From assembly GCA_041690135.1 (NCBI GenBank), contig JAWLHY010000002.1, positions 720,342 to 784,341 on the forward strand: a DNA stretch of 64,000 nucleotides. The letters run 5' to 3'. This document shows, one piece after another, positions 1 through 12,887 of this stretch. Within the stretch, counting starts at the first letter, position 1, and every line of letters begins with the position of its first letter. This DNA is from Armatimonadota bacterium (lineage in GTDB: Bacteria > Armatimonadota > SYMT01). The position numbers were made by a program, and so were the translations under genes. Below the pieces are notes generated by a model that made no database searches, had not been told where the DNA came from, and worked only from the letters and a program-made list of their open reading frames with translations.

Positions 1-621
1 CGGCAGGCGGTTTCCGTAAAACTGGGGAGTGATCTCATCGGCGGCTCCACAGAGGCCCGCATAATCGCGGGAGCGGAGCCAATCCGGGAGGGCGGTGAGG
101 CCCAGCGCGGTGCTTGGCTGCAGGATGGGACGAAGGCGGGTCAGGAATTCCCGGTAATCCGCGAGGCGTGCAGTAGGCACGTCCGCATCCCATTGGACTC
201 CTTCTACTGCCCGAGGAAGCGCGGCCTCGCGCACGAGGTCGGCCGCCTGTTTCGCTCCTCCAGTGGCGAGGAGGAGGTCGATAGCCCCGGAATGGACTCG
301 GAACACGGCGTGGATAGGGACGGGCGAGGTGACCTGCCACTGCTGGCGCGCAATCAGCTTCAGGCGCTCCCCGCGGCGGACGACAGTTCCGGCCAGGACA
401 TAGAGACGGTCCACTTCCGCCGCCTGGAGAGCCTGGAGTTCGCGGTCGTCGAATTGAAACGGCCGGTGCCAGTACCAGTAGGCGGTCCGGAGACGGGGCG
501 GCGGGCCGGCCTCCGGACGGTTCACCGCCATCACCACCGCTCCCACCGCCGCCGCGGCTCCGAGCAGTTTCAGGGTGGCAGCCAGTCTTGTGTGAGGCGA
601 TGGAGTGGGCATCGTAGGCAT
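1..621 (-). CDS. DUF3142-domain protein (GH18-like TIM barrel), partial, runs off the window start
   Basis: Not in the ORF track. Manual translation from ATG 621: MPTMPTPSPHTRLAATLKLLGAAAAVGAVV...AYWYWHRP...GVQWDADVPTARLADYREFLTRLR...LGLTALPDW...DEITPQFY; open to position 1. Motifs fit DUF3142. Confidence 0.75.
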   Translation of the reverse strand, partial: MPTMPTPSPHTRLAATLKLLGAAAAVGAVVMAVNRPEAGPPPRLRTAYWYWHRPFQFDDRELQALQAAEVDRLYVLAGTVVRRGERLKLIARQQWQVTSPVPIHAVFRVHSGAIDLLLATGGAKQAADLVREAALPRAVEGVQWDADVPTARLADYREFLTRLRPILQPSTALGLTALPDWLRSRDYAGLCGAADEITPQFYGNRLP

Positions 622-644
622 GCGGCCAATGGGGAAAGGTCAGG

Positions 645-1532
645 TCAGTCCGTGGTCAGGCTCCGGGTCCAGCGAACCACGGCGCGCAGGCCCGCCACGC
701 TCACGAGGACGCAGCCCAGCAGGAACCAGAGCCACTCCGGTACGAGGGGGAGGACCAGCGGACTGCCGACCGGCTCGAACAGGACCAACTGCGTCACCTG
801 CCACACCGGGCTGCCGTACCACCAGAGGTTCTCTCCCCGGACAAAGAATTGCGGCAACGAGACGAGCGCCAGCCAGAAGACGCTGCCGGTGGCGAGATAG
901 GCTGCGGTGACGGCTGCCAGCGTCCGCCGAAACCGGACGGAGCACCAGAGGCAACCGGCTGCCACCGTACCATTAGCGGCCAGCAGCACCAGGAGCAATA
1001 GGGGGCCCTTTTCGACCGGCAGCCGGGCGGCATGGAGTGCCGGCACCAGAACGGGCAGAGTGAGCCCCAGCAGTCGAACGGCGGGCCAGAGCACGGCCAC
1101 GTACTTGGCGGCCACCAGTTGCCCCGGCGTGAGCGAGGTCAACAGCAGGTCGGCCCAGGCCTGGCGTTCCCGCTCTCCGGCGATCGCCGCCGCGGCAGGG
1201 CCGGGGAGGAGCGCCGTTACGGCAAGGAGGTACCCCAGCAGCACCACCAGCAAGAAGGCTCGCGCCTCCCACGGTGATCGGCCGTCGGCGCTCAACCAGT
1301 GGGCCACCCCGGCATAGAGGGCGATGAGCAGCAGCAGCCCGATCCAGCGCATGGACTCCCGTACCCACTCCCGGCGTCCCGTACCGGGTCGCTCCGGTCG
1401 CCGGCGCAAGAGCCACTCGCGATCGAGTGCCGGATTGGACCAGAGCCAGTCCCGCGGGCTCAGCCGATCCCGGAGTGGCGGCGATTCAGAAAGATGCATG
1501 GGAGTCGGATTGGAGAGGAACGATGGCGCCAC
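645..1532 (-). CDS. ABC-2 type transporter permease-like membrane protein
   Basis: NPALDREW, AIAGERERQAWADLLLTSLTPGQLVAAK and several TM helices. Start may be ATG 1499. Confidence 0.8.
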   Translation of the reverse strand: MAPSFLSNPTPMHLSESPPLRDRLSPRDWLWSNPALDREWLLRRRPERPGTGRREWVRESMRWIGLLLLIALYAGVAHWLSADGRSPWEARAFLLVVLLGYLLAVTALLPGPAAAAIAGERERQAWADLLLTSLTPGQLVAAKYVAVLWPAVRLLGLTLPVLVPALHAARLPVEKGPLLLLVLLAANGTVAAGCLWCSVRFRRTLAAVTAAYLATGSVFWLALVSLPQFFVRGENLWWYGSPVWQVTQLVLFEPVGSPLVLPLVPEWLWFLLGCVLVSVAGLRAVVRWTRSLTTD

Positions 1533-3604
1533 TTACATCTTCGCCGGAAAACGGGTGGAACGGCAGCAAGCCGCTTACGTAAGAGCAGCCGGTGTTGAAC
1601 TCCCAAATTATTTCCGGAATCGGATAAGGATTCGTATTGAACCCAATGGGTGCGGACGTTGCGACCGGTGGGGATCTGCCAGGTGGGATCAGTGCCGCGG
1701 GCGAAGACATGGGTATCCTGGCGGTCACCCCGGTCGTCGGTCCAGGCAAAGGTCACCTTCGTGGCATCCTGGGTGGGCACGCGGTAGCTGAGGTGCAATT
1801 CCCCGCGGGCGTAGATCCGGCCTCCGTTATTGCTGAACCGCACCCGAATGGGGCCGCGGGTGGGCCGGGGTAGTGCCAGGGAGCCCCAGCACAGGCTCTG
1901 CGACCAGAAGTCGGGTGGGTCCTCCCCTCGCCGCGAGATCGTCCAATCCTTGACCACCGGCTGCCACGTCCGCCCGCTATCGAGGGAGTAGTCGATCTGA
2001 TAGCGTATGCGGGGATCCGGGGGATTGCCGGAATTGACGTGGGCGGCGGCGTGGATGGTGGTGGCCTCCGTTCCGCGAGGAGCGGCCAGTTCCAGGGTGA
2101 CCGTCCGCGTTCCAAAAGCGCCGTCCACGACATGGCTCTGTGCCTGGGGGAGCGTGGGGCCGGCGGAGACCACCGCCTGGCCGGAAGCCTGGAACTCTAC
2201 GCGGTTGCCTCCCTCGCCGAGCCGCGGGAGGACGGAACTGTTGGCCTGGCACACGGTGGTGATGACCAGCCGCGAACCGCGGAGAGCGGGGGCTCCGGCG
2301 CCCAACTTCAACCAGTACTGCCGGTGTCCCTTCACGGGGTCGGTGAGGTCCATCCGGTCGCGGAGGGGGCCGCATGGCTTCCAGGTCCGGCCGCGGTCCA
2401 CGGAAACGGAGACGGGGCAGTCGGCGCGGCCTCGCAGCACCAGGCCGTTCCGCCCGCCGGGAGCGTAGATGCCCCAGGCGGATGCATCTGGCGGCGTGGT
2501 GCCGATGATGTACGGGGATTGGAATTCGAAGACGACGTGGGAGTCGCTCTCTTCCACGATTCCCTCCCGGTAGTCGCCGCGAAAGTCCGGACGGTAAGTA
2601 TAGACGGCGTTGGCGTACCGTGCCTGACCCTCCCGGTACGGTACGCCGGTGCGGGAGCGGTACATCTTCTCCGGCTGGTTCACCCAGGTGAGGGAGCGCT
2701 CCGGCCCTGGAATTCCTCGCGTGTTGTAGTTGCGCCCCCAGAACACAAAGGTCTTGCCGTCTTCGAGGCCGGGTTCGAGGTAGCGGCGCAGCGTTTCTCC
2801 GCGGCGGAGGTGGACCATCGGCGGGGGCCCGGCATAGCCGGCGAGGTACTCCGCCACCCGAAAGGCGCCGTACACCCCGCCATCTCCGGGGTGGAGCCCG
2901 CAGACGAGCCAACCGTTCTGCCTTTCCGGAAGAAAGGTGCGGTCCGTCAGGCGCTTCAGGTCCCGCTGGACCTCCGAAATGGAGAGCAACGCCGTGCCCG
3001 CGGGATTGAAGATCACTGTGGAGAGATCGTGGTCGAGCAGCGCCCACTTCCCCTCGCCGTAGAGACCGCCGGTGAGGAACACCTCGAACGAGTTATGGCC
3101 CTCCACGCCGACGCCCCGGCCTCGCCCGGGCCCGAAAAGCGCGTGCATCTCGGCGACCCACTGGGAGTGTGTGGTCCCGCAGAGGCCAAAGCCATGGGCG
3201 AAAAGGCCGGTCCAGTACTCCCGGGTGCGCAGGTCCTGTCCCACCTGAAAGCCGCGCCCCCAGAGGTCCTCCGCGCCTTCCTCTCCATGCCAGTAGTGAG
3301 TGTTGCGCCAGAGCCAGGACGCGAGTGCCTTCTGCTCGTCGGTCCGGACCTCCTGCCCCGTCACCCGGCGGTAGAGCTCCGCCTGGGTGGCGAAGAGCCG
3401 GGGATAGGTCGACATGGCCAGCTCACCGGGATACCAGGGGTGGTTCGTTTTCAATTGCGGGTCGCCGACGCCGGCCTGTGCGGGCTGGGACACCAACACC
3501 GCCGCCAGCACCAGGAGGCGCCACCCACTCGTAATCCGCTCGTCTCGGTTCCCCCAACACCGCATGCTTGCGCCCCCTCGTTTCCTCGTTTCCCCCATAA
3601 CCAC
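1460..3604 (-). CDS. Secreted hypothetical protein with a transglutaminase-like (Cys-His-Asp) N-terminal domain
   Basis: Signal peptide LLVLAAVLVSQPAQA; GFGLCGTTH, GHNSFEVF, WALLDHD. The C-terminal ~50 aa look like read-through overlapping the next gene. Confidence 0.65.
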   Translation of the reverse strand: MVMGETRKRGGASMRCWGNRDERITSGWRLLVLAAVLVSQPAQAGVGDPQLKTNHPWYPGELAMSTYPRLFATQAELYRRVTGQEVRTDEQKALASWLWRNTHYWHGEEGAEDLWGRGFQVGQDLRTREYWTGLFAHGFGLCGTTHSQWVAEMHALFGPGRGRGVGVEGHNSFEVFLTGGLYGEGKWALLDHDLSTVIFNPAGTALLSISEVQRDLKRLTDRTFLPERQNGWLVCGLHPGDGGVYGAFRVAEYLAGYAGPPPMVHLRRGETLRRYLEPGLEDGKTFVFWGRNYNTRGIPGPERSLTWVNQPEKMYRSRTGVPYREGQARYANAVYTYRPDFRGDYREGIVEESDSHVVFEFQSPYIIGTTPPDASAWGIYAPGGRNGLVLRGRADCPVSVSVDRGRTWKPCGPLRDRMDLTDPVKGHRQYWLKLGAGAPALRGSRLVITTVCQANSSVLPRLGEGGNRVEFQASGQAVVSAGPTLPQAQSHVVDGAFGTRTVTLELAAPRGTEATTIHAAAHVNSGNPPDPRIRYQIDYSLDSGRTWQPVVKDWTISRRGEDPPDFWSQSLCWGSLALPRPTRGPIRVRFSNNGGRIYARGELHLSYRVPTQDATKVTFAWTDDRGDRQDTHVFARGTDPTWQIPTGRNVRTHWVQYESLSDSGNNLGVQHRLLLRKRLAAVPPVFRRRCKWRHRSSPIRLPCIFLNRRHSGIG

Positions 3605-3816
3605 GGTTAGCTTTCACCCCATCAAGAACGGATTCCTGTACCCACTACCGGGGGGGCGGACCTGGGTACACTGAAACGGGCCTACCCGAAGTGCGGCTAT
3701 TCAAAGATCGTGACCAGGGTCCCTTGAGCTTTAGTGGAATGAGGCCGATTTGGATAGGGGGACCTAAGGATCGTGAACACAGGCCCTTTCCTAGGTCTCC
3801 AGCCGGTGTCGTATTT

Positions 3817-6825
<3,009 letters not shown>

Positions 6826-6867
6826 CGGTCCTTACCGCACCCCCCGCGGTAGGCTCGTCCGCCCACT

Positions 6868-7098
6868 TCAGCGCTGGAACGCCCGGAGCACTTCTCCCAG
6901 CTTCCCAAACAACTGCGCTTCCACGGCCGGGTCCGCATCGGTCGAAGCCGCCGAGCAGAGCAACAAGACCGCCTCCGCTTCCTGCTGGGTAAGCCACAAC
7001 GGCAGGAGTGATTGGGCCGGGGCGGGCCCCGAAGGTTCCCCGTGCGTCTCTTTGGGATGGTGTCGCTGGATGCGAATGGCGGTTGCGCTCTCCATCAT
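6868..7098 (-). CDS. Small hypothetical protein
   Basis: ORF MMESATAIR...LPLWLTQQEAEAVLLLC...LFGKLGEVLRAFQR, preceded by AGGAG; fills the gap between the kinase and Rpn genes. Confidence 0.5.
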   Translation of the reverse strand: MMESATAIRIQRHHPKETHGEPSGPAPAQSLLPLWLTQQEAEAVLLLCSAASTDADPAVEAQLFGKLGEVLRAFQR

Positions 7099-7377
7099 TT
7101 CGGACACTCCTGGCGCTCGTTGGCGCGGCGTGCGGCCCCGGTCGCCCCGGGAGCCGCGATCTACTTCTCCCCTATGATGGACTTTCCACAGCACACCTAG
7201 GTGTGAAATACGTCACGCTCCTGTGGTGGAGCGGACTATGCGCCAGAAGAATGTATCCAGTGGTTGAACGTTGAACGATCTAACACCCGTCCGCCCGGAG
7301 ATGCAAGTGAGTTCTCTGGCGCTGCGAACAAAGGCGCGGGTCAACCTACCGGTTCACGGCAGGCCAAGACAGGTCTT

Positions 7378-8301
7378 ATGCTCAAGCCGACGGATTACGA
7401 CAACCCCTGGAAGGAAGCACTCGCCCGTTATCTGGCGGCTTTCTTGGAGCTCTGCCTCCCAGAGGCGTACCGCGACATCGATTGGAGCCGGGGATACCAG
7501 CTTCTGGATCAGGAGCTCCGGCAGATCACCCGGCGGTCGACGGCGGGACCTCGCAGAGTGGATCTGCTGGTGCAGGTGTGGCGCCGGGACGGTTCCGAAG
7601 CCTGGGTATTACTCCATGTCGAAGTCCAGGCGCAGGTAGACGCCGGCTTTGCGAAGCGTATGTGGCGCTACTACACGCGGATCATGGACCGCTACGACCG
7701 CCCGGTCGCAAGTATTGCGGTGCTCGCGGATGACAACCACGAGTGGCGGCCGGCCTCCTACTCCACCGCGCTCTGGGGATGCCGGTCGTCCCTGGAGTTT
7801 CCGGTGGTGAAGTTGCTGGATTTGAACGAGGCGGACCTCGCTGCGAGCCGCAATCCGCTGGCGGTGGTCATTCGCGCGCACCGGCGTGCGCAGGCGACAC
7901 GCCGTTCGCCGGCCCGGCGGTTGCGTAGTAAAATGGAGTTGGTTCAGGACCTGTATCGTGCCGGTCTGTCGAGAGAAGACACTCTCGAGTTGCTGCGCCT
8001 GCTGGACTGGCTGCTGACGCTGCCGGATGAACTGGAAGAGACCTTCTGGGATCAACTGCAGACATGGGAGGAGGAGAACCAGATGCCTTACATCACGAGT
8101 TGGGAGCGACGTGGAAGGCGCGAGGCGCTTCACGAGTTGATTCTTGAGAACCTGGCGCTCAAGCTCGGAAATCTTCCGGAGGACCTTGTCTCACGCGTTC
8201 ACGAGGTGGCCGACCAGGCTCGCCTGCGGGCACTGGTCCGCGCCTCGATGACCGCCAATAGCCTGGAGTCGTTCCGACGGCAGATGGACGACGCACACTG
8301 A
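7378..8301 (+). CDS. Rpn family recombination-promoting nuclease / putative transposase (PD-(D/E)XK)
   Basis: DYDNPWKEAL, RVDLLVQV, LLHVEVQ, FAKRMWRYY, FPVVKLLD and C-terminal MPYITSWERRG. Confidence 0.9.
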   Translation: MLKPTDYDNPWKEALARYLAAFLELCLPEAYRDIDWSRGYQLLDQELRQITRRSTAGPRRVDLLVQVWRRDGSEAWVLLHVEVQAQVDAGFAKRMWRYYTRIMDRYDRPVASIAVLADDNHEWRPASYSTALWGCRSSLEFPVVKLLDLNEADLAASRNPLAVVIRAHRRAQATRRSPARRLRSKMELVQDLYRAGLSREDTLELLRLLDWLLTLPDELEETFWDQLQTWEEENQMPYITSWERRGRREALHELILENLALKLGNLPEDLVSRVHEVADQARLRALVRASMTANSLESFRRQMDDAH

Positions 8302-8401
8302 CACAGACGGTACCTCCCTGCCGAGGGCGGAACTAGGCCCGATGCAGAATAGACGCTCCGATACTCCCTCGCCACCTTGGAGCCCAGGAAGGACTTCCTC
8401 C

Positions 8402-9079
8402 GTGAAACAGCTTTTCTACGTAACGCAGTCGTGCGGATACCGGCATGAAGTGCTGCCGTACTCCCAGGAAATGATGCAGAAGATCGGCCAGGACAGCGGC
8501 GCATTCGAGGCCACCTGCACGGATGACGTGAGCACCGTGGACTGGAATGACCTGGGTCGGTATTCCGCCATCGCCTTCTGCACCACCGGCGAACTGCCGA
8601 TCTCCGAGGAAGGCAAGGTGAACCTGCTCCGCTTCGTCCGCGAGGGTGGGGCCTTCATCGGCATCCATAACGCCACGGACACCTTCTACCAGTGGGCGCC
8701 GTACGGCGAGATGGTGGGAGGCTATTTCAACGGCCATCCCTGGCACGAAGAGGTGGGGATCATCGTGGAGGACCGGGACCACCCGGCCACGCGCCACCTG
8801 GAATCCACCTTCAAGATCCACGACGAAATCTACACCCACCGCGACTGGTCGCGTGCGAAAACGCACGTGCTGATGCGGATGGACAATGAAAGCGTCGACT
8901 TCGAGAAGGGGCGGGACAAACGGCCGGACGGCGACGTGGCGATGGCCTGGTGCCACCCCTATGGTCAGGGTCGCGTATTCTACACGGCGTTAGGGCACGG
9001 TATGCCGACGTGGACCGACGCGCGTTTCCACCAGCACCTCCTGGGCGGCATCCGCTGGGCGATGGGTGACGCGGAGTAG
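8402..9079 (+). CDS. ThuA (trehalose-utilisation/GATase-like) domain protein
   Basis: GGAFIGIHNATDT, GGYFNGHP, DEIY, GRVFYTALGH; GTG 8402 after GGAAGGA. Confidence 0.9.
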   Translation: MKQLFYVTQSCGYRHEVLPYSQEMMQKIGQDSGAFEATCTDDVSTVDWNDLGRYSAIAFCTTGELPISEEGKVNLLRFVREGGAFIGIHNATDTFYQWAPYGEMVGGYFNGHPWHEEVGIIVEDRDHPATRHLESTFKIHDEIYTHRDWSRAKTHVLMRMDNESVDFEKGRDKRPDGDVAMAWCHPYGQGRVFYTALGHGMPTWTDARFHQHLLGGIRWAMGDAE

Positions 9080-9108
9080 GCGCTCCGTAGGGTTTTGGAC
9101 CCAAATCG

Positions 9109-9537
9109 ATGCTGCAGCACCTCCCGCAAAACGATGCTGTAGAAGCGGCGAGTGCACCTGTCCGGGTGGCAGTTCCTGCTTCCCTCGGCGACCCGGGGGC
9201 GCGCCTGGAAGCCGCCCGAACGGCGGATCGTGAGTGGCATGCGGTTCGGAGATCGGAGTTGGATGCCCTCGAATCCGCGATCGAGGCCAGGTACCGTAGA
9301 TTTCACGAGAACGTGCTTACCTGGGGCTTCTTCGCTGGGGCAGTTGCCTGCAGCCTCTTCTCTTGGCAGTGGCTGCAGGCCCGTGGCCTCTGGCTTCTAA
9401 CTCCCTTCGGCTTCATTCTGGGAGTCGTGGTGGCCTTTTTTCTTTGCGGGCTCCTGTTGGGTGGCTTCAGACTTTGGGTGTATCTCCCCTGTCTGCGCCT
9501 TTACCTCCGGAGAAAACAACGGCAGCTGGGGCTTTGA
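9109..9537 (+). CDS. Hypothetical membrane protein (2 TM)
   Basis: Two hydrophobic segments and a basic C-terminus; converges on murJ. Confidence 0.6.
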   Translation: MLQHLPQNDAVEAASAPVRVAVPASLGDPGARLEAARTADREWHAVRRSELDALESAIEARYRRFHENVLTWGFFAGAVACSLFSWQWLQARGLWLLTPFGFILGVVVAFFLCGLLLGGFRLWVYLPCLRLYLRRKQRQLGL

Positions 9538-9539
9538 TA

Positions 9540-11363
9540 TCAGCCGTTTCGTGGCTCCGTCTTTTCCGATTCGTTCGCTGGCGTTGATCCCGAGCGCCGG
9601 CCGAAACGGGCAAGGCGGCGACCCACGGTGCTCATCACGAACTCTGCCTCCGGCACCCGGAGGAGCTTGACGGCTGCCAGGTAGACGCCGCCGCCGACGG
9701 CCGAGCAGAGCAGGATCTCGACCAGCAGGAGCGGCGTGTTGATCCCCCACTCGCCGTATGCGCGGAGCGTGTTGTCCAGAACGAGGCGGCAACCCCAAGC
9801 CACCGCGCCCATTCCCAGGGCCGCGATGAAGACCCGGCCCACTGAATTCGAAATCTCCCGGCCGTTGATCCCCCCGAGCCGCTTGCGCCAGAGGACGAGC
9901 AGCGCCCCGAGGTAGAGCACCATGGAGAGGGTGTAGGAGAGGGCGAGCTTGTTGGACTGCAGGACCTTGAGCTCGTAAGGGACGCCGACCGCCGTGCCCG
10001 GCTCTCCGAAACTGGGAAGGCCGACCAGGAGCACGTTCAGCAGCAGGAAACCCACCGTGGCGACCGTGCCGACGAGCATCGGGGTGAGCGTGTCCTGGCA
10101 GGAGTAGAAGCCCCGGTTGACGATCTGCTGGCCGGAGACGGCGAAGATGGCCAGGGAGTAGAAAACGACGATCTGGCCGGTGGCCCAACTATCGGCCCAG
10201 GTCCACTCGCCGCGCTGGAAGAGCAGCGCCGTGATCGGCGTGGCCAGCACGATGATGAGCACGGCCGAGGGGATGGTCAGGAAGAGGATCGAGCGGATGC
10301 CCAGACTGAATTGGTTCCGCAGGCCGTCCCAGTCCCGCTTCGCCGCCAGGGCCGACATCGTTGGGAAGATCGCCACGCTCAAGGCTTGGGCGAAGATCCC
10401 AAGCGGCATCTGCATCAACTTGATGGCGTTATCCAGCCAGGTGATAGGTCCATCACCCAGGTCGCTGGCGAACGGTCGGGTAAGGATGACGCAGAGCTGC
10501 GGCAGCGAGAGGCCCAGAAGCACCGGCAGCATCAACTTCGCTACCCGGACCACGCCGGGGTGCCGGATCTCCAGCGACGGCCGGTACCGCACCCCAACCC
10601 GGCGCATCATCCAGGCCTGCATCAGCACGTTGCCGATGAACGCGCCCGCCAGCACTCCCCAGGCCAGCCCGTAGATGCCGGTCCGCCCTCCGTAAAGCGC
10701 CCCGCCGATAGCCCCGCCGATAATGATGGCCGTATTGTAGACGAGCGGTCCCAGGGCCGGCACCAGGAAGTGGTTGCGGGCGTAGAGGGTGCTCATCATC
10801 AATCCGCCCAGGAAGAAGAAGACCTGGGCGGGCAGGATGATCCGGGTGAGGCTGGCGGTGAGCGCGAGCTTGTCTGGGGTGAAGCCCGGACAGAGGGGGA
10901 TCAGCAGGGCCTCCGTGAAGAGCTCCCCCAGCAGGATTACGACGGAGAGCACCCCTACGATGACCGTTCCGAAGACGCTGAAGACTTTCCAGGCGTTCTC
11001 TTCGTCGTCGTTGGTGAGATATTCCGTGAATACCGGGATGAAAGCGCTGCTGAGGGCGCCGCCCGCAATGAGGTAGTAGAGCAGGTCCGGCAGGCTGAAC
11101 GCCGCTTTGTAGGCGTCGGTCGCAAATCCCGCGCCGAAGAAATAGCTGACCACCATGTCGCGGACCAGGGCCAGGATGCGGCTGCCCAGGATCGCCAGGA
11201 CCATGATCCCCGCCGCGGCGGCGACCCGCCCGGAAGTTCCCGTGGCGGCTGGAGTAGTATTCTTCGAGAGGGTGGGGGTGTCGGGATCCGTGGTGTGGGA
11301 TTGGGCCGAAGCCCGGGGGGCTGCGCCGGGGTTTTCGCCTGCGGGGGTTGCTTCACTACTCAT
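9540..11363 (-). CDS. murJ: Lipid II flippase MurJ (MviN)
   Basis: SRILALVRD, DAYKAAFSLPD, GGALSSAFIPVF, QMPLG, RGFYSCQDTLTP; divergent from rpsT, a common synteny. Confidence 0.95.
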   Translation of the reverse strand: MSSEATPAGENPGAAPRASAQSHTTDPDTPTLSKNTTPAATGTSGRVAAAAGIMVLAILGSRILALVRDMVVSYFFGAGFATDAYKAAFSLPDLLYYLIAGGALSSAFIPVFTEYLTNDDEENAWKVFSVFGTVIVGVLSVVILLGELFTEALLIPLCPGFTPDKLALTASLTRIILPAQVFFFLGGLMMSTLYARNHFLVPALGPLVYNTAIIIGGAIGGALYGGRTGIYGLAWGVLAGAFIGNVLMQAWMMRRVGVRYRPSLEIRHPGVVRVAKLMLPVLLGLSLPQLCVILTRPFASDLGDGPITWLDNAIKLMQMPLGIFAQALSVAIFPTMSALAAKRDWDGLRNQFSLGIRSILFLTIPSAVLIIVLATPITALLFQRGEWTWADSWATGQIVVFYSLAIFAVSGQQIVNRGFYSCQDTLTPMLVGTVATVGFLLLNVLLVGLPSFGEPGTAVGVPYELKVLQSNKLALSYTLSMVLYLGALLVLWRKRLGGINGREISNSVGRVFIAALGMGAVAWGCRLVLDNTLRAYGEWGINTPLLLVEILLCSAVGGGVYLAAVKLLRVPEAEFVMSTVGRRLARFGRRSGSTPANESEKTEPRNG

Positions 11364-11413
11364 GGTTCTGTTATACTCGGCAGGTTTTCCAGTTTTCGAA
11401 GGGGGTTTGAACC

Positions 11414-11695
11414 GTGGCCAATCTCCGGTCAGCACTTAGAGATATCAAGAAATCGCGCAAGCGCGCCGAGCGAAATCAGTCGGTGCGAAGCGCTATCAAG
11501 ACGTTCGTGAAGAAGACCAAGGCGGCAATCGAGGGCGGCGACGCCCAAGCCACCCAACTTCTCAGCGACACCGCCGCGCTGGTCGATAAGGCCGCCAAGC
11601 GCAACATCATCCACAAGAACGCGGCGAACCGGCGGAAGTCCCGGCTGGCCCGGCGCCTGAACGCGGCCAAGGCCGCGGCCGAAGCGCAGGCCTAA
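11414..11695 (+). CDS. rpsT: 30S ribosomal protein S20
   Basis: MANLRSA...RNQSVRSAIKTFVKK...DKAAKRNIIHKNAANRRKSRL. Confidence 0.98.
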   Translation: MANLRSALRDIKKSRKRAERNQSVRSAIKTFVKKTKAAIEGGDAQATQLLSDTAALVDKAAKRNIIHKNAANRRKSRLARRLNAAKAAAEAQA

Positions 11696-11792
11696 CCACT
11701 TCCCTACAGTCCCACGTTCTATCCCCCGAGTTCACCGGTTTCAATCGGCGCCCGCTTGGCGTCGTGCGGATCGGGTGCGGGCAACAGGTTTC

Positions 11793-11826
11793 AGGCTCCC
11801 CAACCAGGGGAGCCTTTTGTTGTTTG
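11793..11826 (+). terminator. Rho-independent terminator after rpsT
   Basis: AGGCTCCCC-AACCA-GGGGAGCCT hairpin followed by TTTGTTGTTT. Confidence 0.8.
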
Positions 11827-11965
11827 TCTGGACCCCACGCCGAGGTGCTTGCCGGGAGCGGCGGGCAAGCGGAGCTCCGGGCGTTATCATGTTCTGGGTT
11901 GCCGGGCTCAAGGTCCAGCCCTGGAGTGGGTCGAGGCGCTCCCGAGACGGAAGGGTAGGTAAAGC

Positions 11966-12865
11966 ATGTTCAGGATTCTCTTTGCGACAGACGGTTCCGC
12001 AGCGGCCGCGGAGGCGGGGCGGTTCCTGCAAGCAATGCCCCTACCGGAGGGCGCGGAGATCGAGATACTGTGCGTGGTGAGTGAGCCGGTGCCGTTGGTC
12101 GGAGCCTACGCGGAGGGACCCTGGATGAACCAGGAGCCGCTGTATGAGATCGCGCAGACCGAGCGTGACCTCGCGCAGTCGCTCCTCGAACGCACCGCCG
12201 CGCAGCTTTCCCGCCCGGGCGTGGAAACGCGGATCGCGATCCGGGATGGGGCGGTAGCGCGAGAGATCATGGCGGCGGCCGACGACTTTCACGCCGACCT
12301 GGTGGTGGTGGGATCTCGCGGGCTGACCGGTCTCGATCGACTGCTCCTGGGAAGTGTCGCGCAGAGCGTCGCGCGCCACTCTCGCCGGCCGGTGCTGGTG
12401 GCGCGGACGCCCCGGCACGGTCTCAAGAGCTGCGTGCTCGCGACGGACGGTTCCGACCACGCGCAGCACGCCGCCGCTTTTGCCGCCCGGGTGCCGTTGC
12501 CGGACGGGATGCGCACCACCTGCGTGCACGCGTTCAAGCCCTACGATCCCTTCCCCGGCCTCTTCCCGACGGACCGGGAGGAGTTCGAGGCCGCGGTGGC
12601 GGAGGTGCGCGAAAAGCAGCGGGACACAGCGGCCCGCATCGTGACCCGCGCCGCCGAGCCGTTGACCCAGGCCGGGCGACCGGTGGTGACGGAAGTCCGC
12701 GAGGGGGACCCCGCCACCCAGATCCTGTCGCTGGCGGGCGAGGTAGACGCGGCCCTGATCATCGCGGGGGCGCGCGGGGCCTCGTTGATCGAGGGTCTGC
12801 TGGTCGGCAGCGTGGCGGACCACCTGGTGAAGGAAGCTGAATGCTCGGTATTGCTGGTGCGCTAG
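11966..12865 (+). CDS. Tandem-domain universal stress protein
   Basis: Two USP domains: ILFATDGS...VVGSRGLTG...LGSVA and LATDGS...AGARG...VGSVA. Confidence 0.95.
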   Translation: MFRILFATDGSAAAAEAGRFLQAMPLPEGAEIEILCVVSEPVPLVGAYAEGPWMNQEPLYEIAQTERDLAQSLLERTAAQLSRPGVETRIAIRDGAVAREIMAAADDFHADLVVVGSRGLTGLDRLLLGSVAQSVARHSRRPVLVARTPRHGLKSCVLATDGSDHAQHAAAFAARVPLPDGMRTTCVHAFKPYDPFPGLFPTDREEFEAAVAEVREKQRDTAARIVTRAAEPLTQAGRPVVTEVREGDPATQILSLAGEVDAALIIAGARGASLIEGLLVGSVADHLVKEAECSVLLVR

Positions 12866-12887
12866 GGACGGCTGCGCCAAGGAGGGG

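Noticed and set aside
11830-11965. Moco riboswitch upstream of USP-moeA (CTCCCGAGACGGAAGGGT resembles the motif's 3' end)
   Set aside because: The upstream stems and GNRA loops could not be matched by eye; needs an Rfam scan.
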